Positions 1-10,624 of a stretch of 64,000 nucleotides of DNA are shown here, in pieces; positions within the stretch are counted from its first letter, which is position 1; each line of letters starts with the position of its first letter. The stretch covers positions 33,854,001 through 33,918,000 of the forward strand of contig OZ076409.1 of NCBI GenBank assembly GCA_964187785.1, in the 5' to 3' direction. The stretch comes from Amphiscolops sp. MND2022 (lineage: Eukaryota). The notes beneath the pieces were generated by a model that worked only from the letters and a program-made list of their open reading frames with translations, was not told the origin of the DNA and searched no databases. The position numbers and the translations under genes were made by a program.

Positions 1-480
1 TATAGACTTTCAAAACGCTAAAAAAATACACAACAGCCTTTGTTCTGCTTTTTTGTTCCAACCATGGTGTTACAGAGATTCAGCGGAATAGATAAAGAAT
101 TTCAAGGGAATAGTGTTGTTGGAAAGACTCATATTTAACAAAAAGTATGTCAGAGAAAGTTCAGCCCTAAGAATGTTAGCGTGTACTAAAAAAACTGCTA
201 AACATTAGCAGTACAATGAAAGCGGACATAGAACAACAAAAGACCAAAGGCTCACTTGCGCACTTCGAACTATCGATTTGAAGAAAGGTGAGGTGTGGTC
301 ATTGGCATAAAAAAGCTAATGGAAATGAGATGATGACGTAAAAGGTTGAAACAACTGCCGGCACACAATTTGTAAAGACTCCTTGTTTCTACAGTTCGAG
401 TAAAGTTGTTGTGAAGTGCAATAATATCCATATCGAAGTATACATTTGAAATACAGTGCAACTAAGACGTCTCTTTGTAG

Positions 481-680
481 GAGATGCCGTGTTTTGGTTC
501 AGTTTGGATACCTGGGGTGAGAGAATACAAAAAGGGCTACATGGCGGATGCCCTATTTTGATTGGTTCAAAGAAGATTGGCAATAAGTGGCTGTGGACCA
601 ATGAACAATTGCTATCTCACCAATGTTTTCAAAATGAGCGTCTTCACAGAATGCCTGATACTTTATGTAAATACATGTGA
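481..680 (+). CDS. P4HA: Terminal coding exon of an upstream prolyl 4-hydroxylase alpha-subunit paralog (rest of gene lies outside the window)
   Basis: Acceptor ctctttgtag|481. Translation GDAVFWFSLDTWGERIQKGLHGGCPILIGSKKIGNKW carries the distal Fe-binding His and 2-oxoglutarate-binding Lys of P4H alpha. Same phase-1 intron position as exon 60696-60892. Stop TGA 678-680. Confidence 0.9.
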
Positions 681-1209
681 TGTTGGTAATGGTTCATCTT
701 TTGCCTATACCATATATACCATATCATACTACAAGTATATTTGTTAATTGTATCATGAAAAAGAACATTTTTACAATGACTTTCAGAGAATCAAATAATA
801 AGTAGTTTTCCAACACTTGGGTGTACTTTAGCTCCTGATTATACCAATTACATCTATTGTTATTGTCTCCCGGGTTTCTCTGATAATCGTTGAACTTGTT
901 TTTGCTAGAAATTGAGGCAAAAAGGCAAATTAGAGGCTACAAGTTGAATCAGATTCAATCAGAAAGTAGCCGTTTGAGTTTTTTGTATCCCTACACCACA
1001 AATTTTCGTTTTGAAAAACCTAGAGAAAATTTTAAAAGCTGATTGCTTACTGATACGGTCCCCAATTCGGAAGCATTCGAGTACTTTCCTTATTGTGATC
1101 CATTCAAGATGTTACAAGCCAGAAGCAAACGTCTTTTCTAGCATGTGGTTCCATTCCCGTGTACAATACAATCAGCAGAGCTCCATGGGCGTCGAAGCGA
1201 TGAATATAA

Positions 1210-1952
1210 TGTAACGGCAAGCTCTAGTACAGCAATATCAACCAACTTTGCAACTTCGACATGTTCAGAAAATTTTGTCAAAAATTCGTTCAAATCTGAC
1301 GTGGCACTCAAACATGCTCAAGACGAAGTACCTGCCAGAAAAAGCACCCCAGAAAAGCAGAAATCGCCGCTCGCGACGAACAAGCACCGGAGACGACTAA
1401 AAAGACGTCCCCGACGTATACAGAACACGGTATTGTGTCAATCTCTAGGAGATATCCAATACTACAGTAAAGGAAACCAGAGTTCCAGATGTTCGCCTGA
1501 GTATCCCTGCGGTATCCTGTGTGGCAACTAGCGCTAGCGCTGGGAACCTGAGGTCAATTTTCATCAAATGACTCTGAACTCTTGATTTCTTGTTGTATTT
1601 TTGATGTGGTAAATTAATATGCTCGAGAGCTGTTGTTTAACATCTGTTTATCCAATTTGGCGATTTTATCAGATTCTCCAATATTATGGTTCAACCTTCA
1701 TCGATTCTCAGCCCAATTTTTAAAGGCTAGTTGAGCAGTGGTCTTGAGTCTTGCAAGACGCCTGTTACTTTTAGCAGTTACAGACTAGGACCAGGCCAGA
1801 GAGCGTCCTACAAGACGGTTCCCCCACCTTGGGACTGGCTCCTTCGGAGGGAAAATGAGCTAGGGCCGCGGAGATCTAAGTCCCAGATTATATTCGCTGT
1901 TCTAGTTCCTCCACTCTACGTTGCGGTTCAAGCGCCAGCGCTTATCGTTACA
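1210..1952 (+). repeat. 5' LTR of element A
   Basis: Direct repeat of 6622-7364 with TGTAAC/GTTACA inverted termini. Confidence 0.95.
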
Positions 1953-1967
1953 TAGAAACTCATTTTT

Positions 1968-1984
1968 TGGCGACCACAGAGGGA
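1968..1984 (+). promoter_or_regulatory. Primer-binding site TGGCGACCACAGAGGGA (tRNA-Arg-like)
   Basis: Begins with TGG (complement of CCA) and is close to the complement of metazoan tRNA-Arg(UCG) 3' ends, recalled from knowledge and not matched to the host tRNA set. Repeated at 14590-14606 (-), 26399-26415 and 62171. Confidence 0.75.
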
Positions 1985-4655
1985 TCGTCTTGGGAAGCTT
2001 TCCCTAGCGGTTTTTAAAAGATCTGGCCCCCTGGTGTTCAGCGCCAAGCCCGTTTTCGACTCTGGACAGAAGAGAAGAGCAGAGTTTTACCTCTTTTTAG
2101 TCGTATTACGTCTTACTGGAACTGGGAGAGGCATTGAACCAGAGAAAATGCCGAAGAAAACGTGTTTTCAGGTGCGAAAATGGCATTTTTGGGCATTTTA
2201 GAAGGAAATCGCTCTTTATGTGTGATGTGTCGTATACCCATCAGCGGGTACTTTTTTGCAGGTGTAGAGGACTGTAGCACGTGGCTACGGGTGTCTAACA
2301 GGTTTTTTGAGCTATTTTCAGCCATTTTATGCCATGCAAGATGGTAACGGATGGATGGTTGACCATACTCCAGCGAGGCGAAGGAGGGGACGAATCTTGT
2401 GTTGCCTACTTCCTATTCCCGTTTCTCGTGGAGACGTCCTAGAGGCATGGTTTTTGGTGGACGGCAAGTGCAACGACAGACGGTGCTAATGGTCCCACCC
2501 GCGTGTTTCTATCTGGTCTAGAAGTGGAGAAATAACGTGGTGAAGATGCACCCCCTAGGACCAGATGAGTCGCTCAGATGGAGTATGGTTGGCGAAAATT
2601 TTGAAAATACACCTCTTTTGATGGAGAATCGTTGGTGCAGGTCAGTGACGTTCTACCATAAATGTAACGACACCCAACGAAGTGCTTTTCTGCGAAAAAG
2701 ATAGCACTTTGAGAAAAAAACCTCATTTTTGCGTTTTTTGGTGTTTTTCTTGATTTCGAGCACTAGTACTGACAGAAGCCAGGAAAGTGTGGTGGAAAGT
2801 TTTGAAAAAGCAGCTGCAAGGCTCGAGAAAGCCGGCACGAGGCACGAAAGGCGAAGTTGAAGCCTTTGATTGTGATAAAAGTGCCAATTTGATGCCGAAA
2901 AATGTGAAAAAAGTGGAAATTTGGCCAAAAAGGCACCCAAAATGTGAACGTACACGAGTGTGGAAGTGTAAAATGACAGTGTACGGCACTATCCCAAGTG
3001 TAGTTGACCCTCAGGATACTAATTGCAACTTTTGTAGCGGACTCAGGCAGCCTGGGGCTGATACAGTGCGAAAAACTTGTGATTTTTGGCATTTCCGAGT
3101 AGAGAAAGTGCATTAACCAAAAACACCCAGAGCAAAGCTTATTCGAAGAGAGCGGGCTCGAGCGCTCTCATTTTTGATTGTAGCAGCAAAAACGACGCAT
3201 TGTGGTGAAAACCGCATGCGAAAATTCCTTTTCAGCGTTGAGAAAAGTTGAAAAACCTTGATTTTTGGCCAGTTTCAGGAGTGCCAGAGTGCATCATTAA
3301 AACCTCTAGGGCACTCAGTGTTTTCGAGACCGGGGAGCCCGCGCGCTCCTATTTTCTGTTTTTATAATACAAACAACGCATCGTGGTGAAAACCGCGTGT
3401 AAAAACTCCCATTCAGTGCTGAGAAAAGTGGAAAAACGCACTGAATTTGATCAATTTTCCACAAAATCGGACTGTCTCTGAGCTAGGGTCGGGTCATTGA
3501 TTTCTGAACCCTAGCCAAAAAGCGGTTGCATCTTCGCAACCACTACAAAAATTAACGTCAGTGCCGAAAATTTGGTGAGCATATCGCTCACCCAAGTTGA
3601 GAAAAGCTCTCTGACGTTTCGACTTCAGAAAAGCACAAAAAGTCGAAAAAATCCAAAACTACCGGACTGTCAGTGCCTTATACCTGACGGGCACAACCAA
3701 TCGAGGGTAAATCCCAGTGCTACGGATAGTGGGGCAACACGCTGGTCCCATTTTGCCTGCCGTATCACTTTCTGAGGTGATCCTCTTGGTCAATTTGTGA
3801 AAAAAGTCGTCAAAAGCAGTGTTTTTTCGTGTACAACCTACATAGTGGGTCGAAACCTCAAATAAGCGCTCGCGCTTCAATTCGACCATATCAGTGGCAT
3901 TGTAGGTGCCCACAGGCATAAATTACCAAGTCTGGTGCCGATCTGTGTGATACTTGTTGAGAAAATAGGAAAAACGTGGCACCCAAAAAGGCGTGCAAAA
4001 AGGCAGTTTTTTCTTAATTTTTCCGAGTAACCCGGGCACCTTAGCCGACGGGTGGGGCTACATTGCAGCCCACCATCGTATCCTGTGCCAATTCCTACGT
4101 TGCTGCAGAGAATTTGAGCTTGCTAGCTTTTTCCAGTGGACCGCAATCTTGAAAAAGACGTGAAAAACAGTGTATTTCGGTACATAATGGTACCGCACGT
4201 CCGTACCTAGGTGAAACTGTGTAGAAGGGGCGCAACTCAAAACTGCGTTCATTTTCGTAAACCTACGTGTACCTAAGATCTGCTGGTCAATTTTGGGCTG
4301 GATACGGCGCTTCCCGTGCACACCCGAGCCTGTGGAAAGTTACCGTGCGAATTTTGAAAAATCCGAAAATTCCTTGAAATCCTTCCTGTGGGCGACTAGA
4401 GACTTTTTGCCCCAAACGAAGTTGATTTTTCAGCCCAGTGTGCTTGTGGAAAGACGTTGTGCAAATTTGAACAGCCTACGAGCTCTAGAACGTGTTACGA
4501 AAAATCTAGAACGTTGAATACCACCAAAATTCTTAAGTGCTCACCGGGACGACCAAGGGATCAGCTTCGAATTGAAGACCCTGGTGCGTTCGGCAACCCA
4601 ATTTGAGTCTTCCGAGTAATCGTGAGCGGTAACTCGATCGCTATCAACAAACGCG

Positions 4656-5987
4656 TTGACCACCGAACCGATGGCGGTGTCCCATACTGGTTCACAATCA
4701 TGGGTCACGATAGAGGGTTCGTGTTTTTCAGACGACATGTCTGATGAAGTCACTATCGAACAACAGCGAAAGGAGGAGTTGGCCGCTATGGTTCCTCCCT
4801 CAGAGAACTCCAGTATTTCTGCAAATTCGCGTCGAACTGAGCAGTGGGTCGACGAAACCTGCCGCGATAGAGCTAATGAAGTGGAAGAGGCCTGGCCTAA
4901 TTCGAACGTGACCGATGAACTGGCGGCCGAGGAAGGGTGCTCGCGCGCACCCACGGCTGGAGAAAGGCAACTTGGCTCACAAACTGACATGGAGCAGGAC
5001 CTCACTTATGTGGGAGGCATGAGTTACGCGCGACAGCGGGGACTCGGGACCACTCGAGGACCTACCCGGGTCTGTGCCTACGGGAAGCACAAAAAGGCAC
5101 GACCACCTCTACTACAGGTAGGCGAGCCACGTCAAGAGGCATCCCGTGTCAGGAGTATGACAGGCTCATTGGCCTCATCGCAACGGTCCTCAGTATACAA
5201 GGCAGCGTTATTGGATGCCCTAGCCGAAACCGAACGGGCTCTAGCAGGTCTGGCCAGCACTCGTTCTGAATGCAATGAGCAACATCTTGCTATCGTAGAG
5301 AACATTAAAGTGATGCAAGCGACGATGCGTGAAGGCCTGCAGGTCAGTGATCAATTGCGCACCGCGCAGAATGTGCAAAATGCTCGAGTGGACACATTGG
5401 GTCACCGGATAGGAGAGATGAATGACACGTTGATGTCTCGTGAGCTGCGCGTGGAAACGCAGATCAACGATTTAAGCAATCAGATGCACACGGTACTCAA
5501 TGCCATTGATGTCATGAGGCGTGAGAGGTCACTCCCGCGGCAGCCCAATGCAAGTGGAGGCGTGCGGAATGGAGGTACAGTCCGTGTCTCGGAGCCGACG
5601 TGCCCGAGCCAGGTAGTGAAGTCGGAACTGCCGAGCGCGCTAAAGCCTAGCACTTCCAGGCCGGCGGTGCCTGCGCCCCGGAAAGAGGAAGGAGTAGCCG
5701 GAAATTTGGTGATGGCCATGCCTGAAGCAGAGTGCAAGCCTGCACGAGTGCAGATGAGGGGGCATCACGACTCAGCAGAATCATTGATGCCTTCTGCAAC
5801 CCAGAGTACCACTCGAGATCAAGGCGTGGACCCGATGTCGACCATCTATCTTGATTCCTCGGTCGAAGTCGACCTATCTAACACCAAAGCAACCCTAGGC
5901 TCTCAAACCGAGGGAGCGACGTTTGCAACTGCCCCTATTTCGATGTCAGGACCAGATTCTTTATACTGGAGCGCAGACTGTTCTTAA
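4656..5987 (+). CDS. 443-aa Gag-position ORF of element A (low-complexity plus coiled coil; no CCHC, no pol)
   Basis: Intact long ORF; the start codon is uncertain. The N-terminal motifs EQQRKEE, EGCSRAP and YVGGMSYA match the gag-position region of element C (29130-29470). Central heptad-rich segment. Confidence 0.75.
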   Translation: MTTEPMAVSHTGSQSWVTIEGSCFSDDMSDEVTIEQQRKEELAAMVPPSENSSISANSRRTEQWVDETCRDRANEVEEAWPNSNVTDELAAEEGCSRAPTAGERQLGSQTDMEQDLTYVGGMSYARQRGLGTTRGPTRVCAYGKHKKARPPLLQVGEPRQEASRVRSMTGSLASSQRSSVYKAALLDALAETERALAGLASTRSECNEQHLAIVENIKVMQATMREGLQVSDQLRTAQNVQNARVDTLGHRIGEMNDTLMSRELRVETQINDLSNQMHTVLNAIDVMRRERSLPRQPNASGGVRNGGTVRVSEPTCPSQVVKSELPSALKPSTSRPAVPAPRKEEGVAGNLVMAMPEAECKPARVQMRGHHDSAESLMPSATQSTTRDQGVDPMSTIYLDSSVEVDLSNTKATLGSQTEGATFATAPISMSGPDSLYWSADCS

Positions 5988-6621
5988 TTATGATTATATA
6001 GTTAGTGTACCATTAGTGTTGCACTGGGTGTACGGCCAATAGAGTACGCCTGCCCCAGTGGCTTGAGTGACCAAGCAGAAAGAAAAGAAAACTATTGTTC
6101 AAAAAACTATCATTTTTGTTGTGCACCGTTCGCGGTGTTTTTGAGTTGTCACAATCAAAAGAAGTCTTATCCCTCTTGATTGCGTTTCTTTCTAGTCTAG
6201 TGTTCTTCATCAATCTGGTTGTTCACCGTAAGAGCCCCCAAGCTCTAAAAAAGTTTTTAATCGCCTGAAATGAAATGAAGACTTGTAGTCTCAAATGGTA
6301 AGGAAAGGAAATTTTAGCTGACTTTGCTCGCAAAAAAGTTTTTACACAAGTTGACTGCCCAAACGAATTTTAAACCGGCTGAAAACTGTAGCTCTCGAGC
6401 TGGTGCTAAAACCTAGTTCATGTTTTGTACGAATAGCTAGGCAGTAAGTTCTTTTTTTTGTGAAAAAACTGCAAAGTCGACCAAAATTGTTGCCGAAAAA
6501 CAAGGACTCATCCTTGTTCTCCGATGTGTGGATGGTGGTTCCCAGCAGTCACTGTGATGCAGTTCCCAGACGATCCAGACGCCGCTTGCCAGGGACGACA
6601 AGCCAGGAGCCTGGGGAGTGA

Positions 6622-7364
6622 TGTAACGGCAAGCTCTAGTACAGCAATATCAACCAACTTTGCAACTTCGACATGTTCAGAAAATTTTGTCAAAAATTCG
6701 TTCAAATCTGACGTGGCACTCAAACATGCTCAAGACGAAGTACCTGCCAGAAAAAGCACCCCAGCAAAGCAGAAATCGCCGCTCGCGACGAACAAGCACC
6801 GGAGACGACTAAAAAGACGTCCCCGACGTATACAGAACACGGTATTGTGTCAATCTCTAGGAGATATCCATTACTACAGTAAAGGAAACCAGTGTTCCAG
6901 ATGTTCGCCTGAGTATCCCTGCGGTATCCTGTGTGGCAACTAGCGCTAGCGCTGGGAACCTGAGGTCAATTTTCATCAAATGACTCTGAACTCTTGATTT
7001 CTTGTTGTATTTTTGATGTGGTAAATTAATATGCTCGAGAGCTGTTGTTTAACATCTGTTTATCCAATTTGGCGATTTTATCAGATTCTCCAATATTATG
7101 GCTCAACCTTCATCGATTCTCAGCCCAATTTTTAAAGGCTAGTTGAGCAGTGGTCTTGAGTCTTGCAAGATGCCTGTTACTTTTAGCAGTTACAGACTAG
7201 GACCAGGCCAGAGAGCGTCCTACAAGACGGTTCCCCCACCTTGGGACTGGCTCCTTCGGAGGGAAAATGAGCTGGGGCCGCGGAGATCTAAGTCCCAGAT
7301 TATATTCGCTGTTCTAGTTCCTCCACTCTACGTTGCGGTTCAAGCGCCAGCGCTTATCGTTACA
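6622..7364 (+). repeat. 3' LTR of element A
   Basis: Direct repeat of 1210-1952, preceded by ggggagtga. Confidence 0.95.
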
Positions 7365-9166
7365 TAACGCGCATTTATATAACTTAGGCTTGTAGGTGAA
7401 TTACTTGGACGAGTTTCATGATTGTAGTGTAACAGCAAGCGCTAAGCGTTTGGGACGAAACATTGGAGTGGAGGAACTGACACTATGGATATGGTCCGGG
7501 ACAAACCACCAGCTCACTTTGTCCTCCTGTGGGAGCCGGTCCCGAGGAGGGGGAACCGTCTTAAAGGATGCTCTCCGGCCTGATCCAGTCTGTAATTGCT
7601 GAGAATAACGGGCATTATGCTTTTTCTCTTCATAACCACCGTCTAGACAGCCTTTAAAAACAATGCCAAGGATAAACAGTGTAAATTTCCAATTCCAGGG
7701 TGAAATTCCAGGGTGACATGTGAATAAGGTCTAAAATGGGTACTAAGATCTAAACTGCGAAAACTAGCGCATAGGCTAGCTAAAACCAGTGAACAAACAT
7801 CCAAACAGGCACGACTATGGCCAACCACACAGCTACAAGCTGGGGCACAGGGACTCCAAGCACCAAAATAGGATAATTCGGCGAAAAGACGCATTTTTCC
7901 GGTTCTTGCTACTTTGGGTAGCATAATGCTGAAAATCGGTAAAAACCGGAGTTAGCACCTCAAAAAGAGTCTATTTATGAGTTTTCTGAGCGCATTGGCT
8001 TCTACACTCCGTGTTCCCGTTCGGTCGTCTCCGCGGGCGGCTTGCTTCGTCTTCTGAACTGCTTTTTGACAGGTACTTTGGCCAAAAACCTGCTCAATTT
8101 GCCACGTCAGATTTGAACGAATATTTGGTCGATTTTTCTGAAAACTCGTTGTATCACAGGTTTCCGTTACATCCACTCACCGGGTCTTATGCATGACATC
8201 CCTGTCATGGGGACAGGCTGGAAACGTCTCCACATCATTGCAATCCGCTGGGAGTTCAATCTGATGTTTTTGCAAGGGTCCAGTGGCACTGTCATCTTTT
8301 TCTGATTGGGCAACCTTGAGGTCTTGCTTCTTGAAATCCAGGAACCTGAATCGTCCACAAACTGTTGAAACAGAGATAGCCCTCGAGTTAGAAATAAGTA
8401 CTCAAAAATGCACCTTGAAATTGATCAAATCCCAAAAAAAGCACCAGTTTGTTAGCATGGTTTTTTTGCACCAAAACTGATTAGGATCTTTCTAGCACAA
8501 AGAATGTTTGGACATCTAAAATTTCTTTCACGGAGCTCTCAAGCTCCAAAACGCACGTGGTTTTCATCAAAAATTTCTTGTCCACGGCAGTAAAAACCCA
8601 GTTTGCTGAAAGTTAAAAGATGTTAAAAGATAAAACTTCTTTTCAGCGGAAAAACCACTGTTTAAAAGGAAAAACAAGCTGTATTTTCAACACTTTTTGT
8701 TCAGTTTCAATTGGTTTGGGCAACACGCACTGATGTGAAGCTCCATACCTGCATAGTGGTCAATTGCATCGGTTAGGCTGCGCATAGGAAGCAAACTACG
8801 AACTGCTCGTAAGTGTAAGCACTGGAATGAAATACGCCAGAATAAACAAAATCCAACAATTCAGACATCTGGAGCGCGCGAGCTCCACAACTTTCGAGTG
8901 TCAAGTTGAAATTTGGAGGAAAAACTGAAAACTTTGGGAAAATTTTACGCAAAACAAAAATAGCACCTTTTGGGCGAAGCAATACATGTTGAGTTTTTAG
9001 AGTTTCTGGGTTACTCATTGAATCAACAGAAGTCTTTGAATTCAAACATCTCAAATAAAACTAAAAACAAAAAAGTCGCGACGTACGTTTACATGACTAC
9101 TAAAATTACGAAATAAAGTTGCAGAAATAACTGCTCCAATTAGAACATCACGCTGCAAGGTGTTTG

Positions 9167-10624
9167 TTACCAAACGTAGTGATATCCTCCGGGCGTTGTC
9201 CAATTGAGTTGAGGAGTGTAGGGGTGTTTTTCCTCAACTGAGGCTCCCCGGGCCTTAGTTGACTCCCCGGGTCTTAGTCGTTGAGCACAGTCGTTGAGCA
9301 CCCTCCTTGATATGAGGATAGGAATTAGACAAAAATAATGTCCAATACCCAAAATGCAGAACGATAAATTGGGTCTTGAACACGATCTTGGATAATTATT
9401 TGGCGGGCGGCCACGCCTATGTCCCTTCGGTCGATATGACCATGACAGTAGAAGGGTTTCCGCAGCTGAGCGTGGTGGACGACCACGACGACGTCCGTCA
9501 TAAAAAGATAGGAGCACTGTTTGCAATGAGTGTTCACCGGAAGTGCGCGGTGGTCGACCACGTCTATGTCCAGCTGGTCGCGTTTTAGCTGAACCACCAG
9601 GCAAGCCTCTGGCGAAGATTGGTGGGTTTGCCAAAATAATATCCTGTAAACCATGTTTAGCACAACGTGGCTCGATAGATTCTTTCAACAAATCCGGCCG
9701 CAACTTCGAAATTGATAATGGGGACTTTGTTCCAGGGACGTTAGAGTCGCAAACCGAATCCATTGGAGTTGTCGATAGGTGATTTTGAAGGAGGTGTGAT
9801 GTTGGTGTTGTTTCAGTTTCCAACATGGCATTGGCATATAGACTTTTCGTTCCCAACTTCACTGCAGAGCAAGAATTTGGAGTTGAGGGTACCCTCTCCC
9901 CCTTCATTGATGAAGTTGAGGGTAAGGTTGTCATCTGTTCATCTTTTGTATCACTGGAGCAGGGATTGCGCTCAAGCAATCCATAATCAGCGGTGTGATA
10001 AATGGGTAGCGTATCAGCCATGCCCATGGTTGTAGTGTCCAGAAACACTGGGTCTACCACCATTTCTTTTGTAGGCGGTGTCATTGCTTCTGTGTCGACG
10101 TCGTTTGGAATAGGGATAGTGGCACAATCGAAGTGTACTGCTGTACTTATCGATTGCGATTGTGCTAGCGCTCGAGCTAGCAATTTTTCTCTGCGTAGAT
10201 CGCTTTGTGCCAAAAAGACTGATATTTCATCCATCTGCTGCTCCAGGGTCTCTACCTTTTGGTTCAGTGTCTGATAAGTCTGAATACTGGTTTCATAGAG
10301 AGAGCATTGTCTCGATGACGATACTGAACTAGGACTGGAAGCCCTTATAATCCTCCCTGGCTCGGTAATGCGCGAGTTGCCAGGCATTGAGTCTAGAAAG
10401 TCAGCTACAAAATTGAACCTGTTCTCCAAAGGCCAGTCTTCGACGTTCAGATCATCCACTTTCGTTGATCGGTCATGTTTCTCTGCCATTTGCGATTCTC
10501 TTTCTGCTGTCAAGACGGGTTCAGCGATTGGTTGCGCTGCACTGACACCCTCTCCCCCCTTGAAAAAGGAAAGGAGGCGGTGTAGGACCTTCCACAAAGT
10601 CATTTCAGCGTCAGATAGGTTCAA
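9167..10624 (-). CDS. 485-aa ORF of element B: coiled coil, Ser/Thr-rich region and three RRGRPP (AT-hook-like) motifs
   Basis: Intact long ORF in the sense orientation of B. Patchy similarity to the A ORF (SSRQCSLY/SSQRSSVY, VDPVFLDT/VDPMSTIYLDS, IYHTAD/LYWSAD). Confidence 0.7.
   Translation of the reverse strand: MNLSDAEMTLWKVLHRLLSFFKGGEGVSAAQPIAEPVLTAERESQMAEKHDRSTKVDDLNVEDWPLENRFNFVADFLDSMPGNSRITEPGRIIRASSPSSVSSSRQCSLYETSIQTYQTLNQKVETLEQQMDEISVFLAQSDLRREKLLARALAQSQSISTAVHFDCATIPIPNDVDTEAMTPPTKEMVVDPVFLDTTTMGMADTLPIYHTADYGLLERNPCSSDTKDEQMTTLPSTSSMKGERVPSTPNSCSAVKLGTKSLYANAMLETETTPTSHLLQNHLSTTPMDSVCDSNVPGTKSPLSISKLRPDLLKESIEPRCAKHGLQDIILANPPIFARGLPGGSAKTRPAGHRRGRPPRTSGEHSLQTVLLSFYDGRRRGRPPRSAAETLLLSWSYRPKGHRRGRPPNNYPRSCSRPNLSFCILGIGHYFCLIPILISRRVLNDCAQRLRPGESTKARGASVEEKHPYTPQLNWTTPGGYHYVW

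Larger units (their letters stand above)
1210..7364 (+). mobile_element. LTR retrotransposon A, non-autonomous (no pol), 6155 bp
   Basis: Paired 743-bp LTRs TGTAAC...GTTACA (about six substitutions by eye), PBS at 1968, PPT GGGGAG at 6613-6618, TAA on both flanks, single ORF 4656-5987. Confidence 0.95.

Noticed and set aside
1207..1209. All TSDs read as stop codons (TAA, TAG, TGA)
   Set aside because: None lies at the end of a host ORF, and B's reads CTA on the element strand. Treated as a sequence preference or coincidence.
1145..1531. Basic 128/139-aa ORFs overlapping the A LTRs (also 6524-6943)
   Set aside because: Their starts lie outside the LTR in different flanks, and the D LTR has frameshifting indels here. 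Most likely incidental.
1850..1862. LTR sequence AAAATGAG complementary to the PBS spacer (Tf1-like self-priming)
   Set aside because: Only 8 nt long, and the complementarity is not kept in B or C.
481..4000. One segmental duplication of 481-4000 and 60696-64000
   Set aside because: The exons are diverged and the 3' flanks unalignable while the LTR elements are close. This fits an old gene duplication plus separate insertions.
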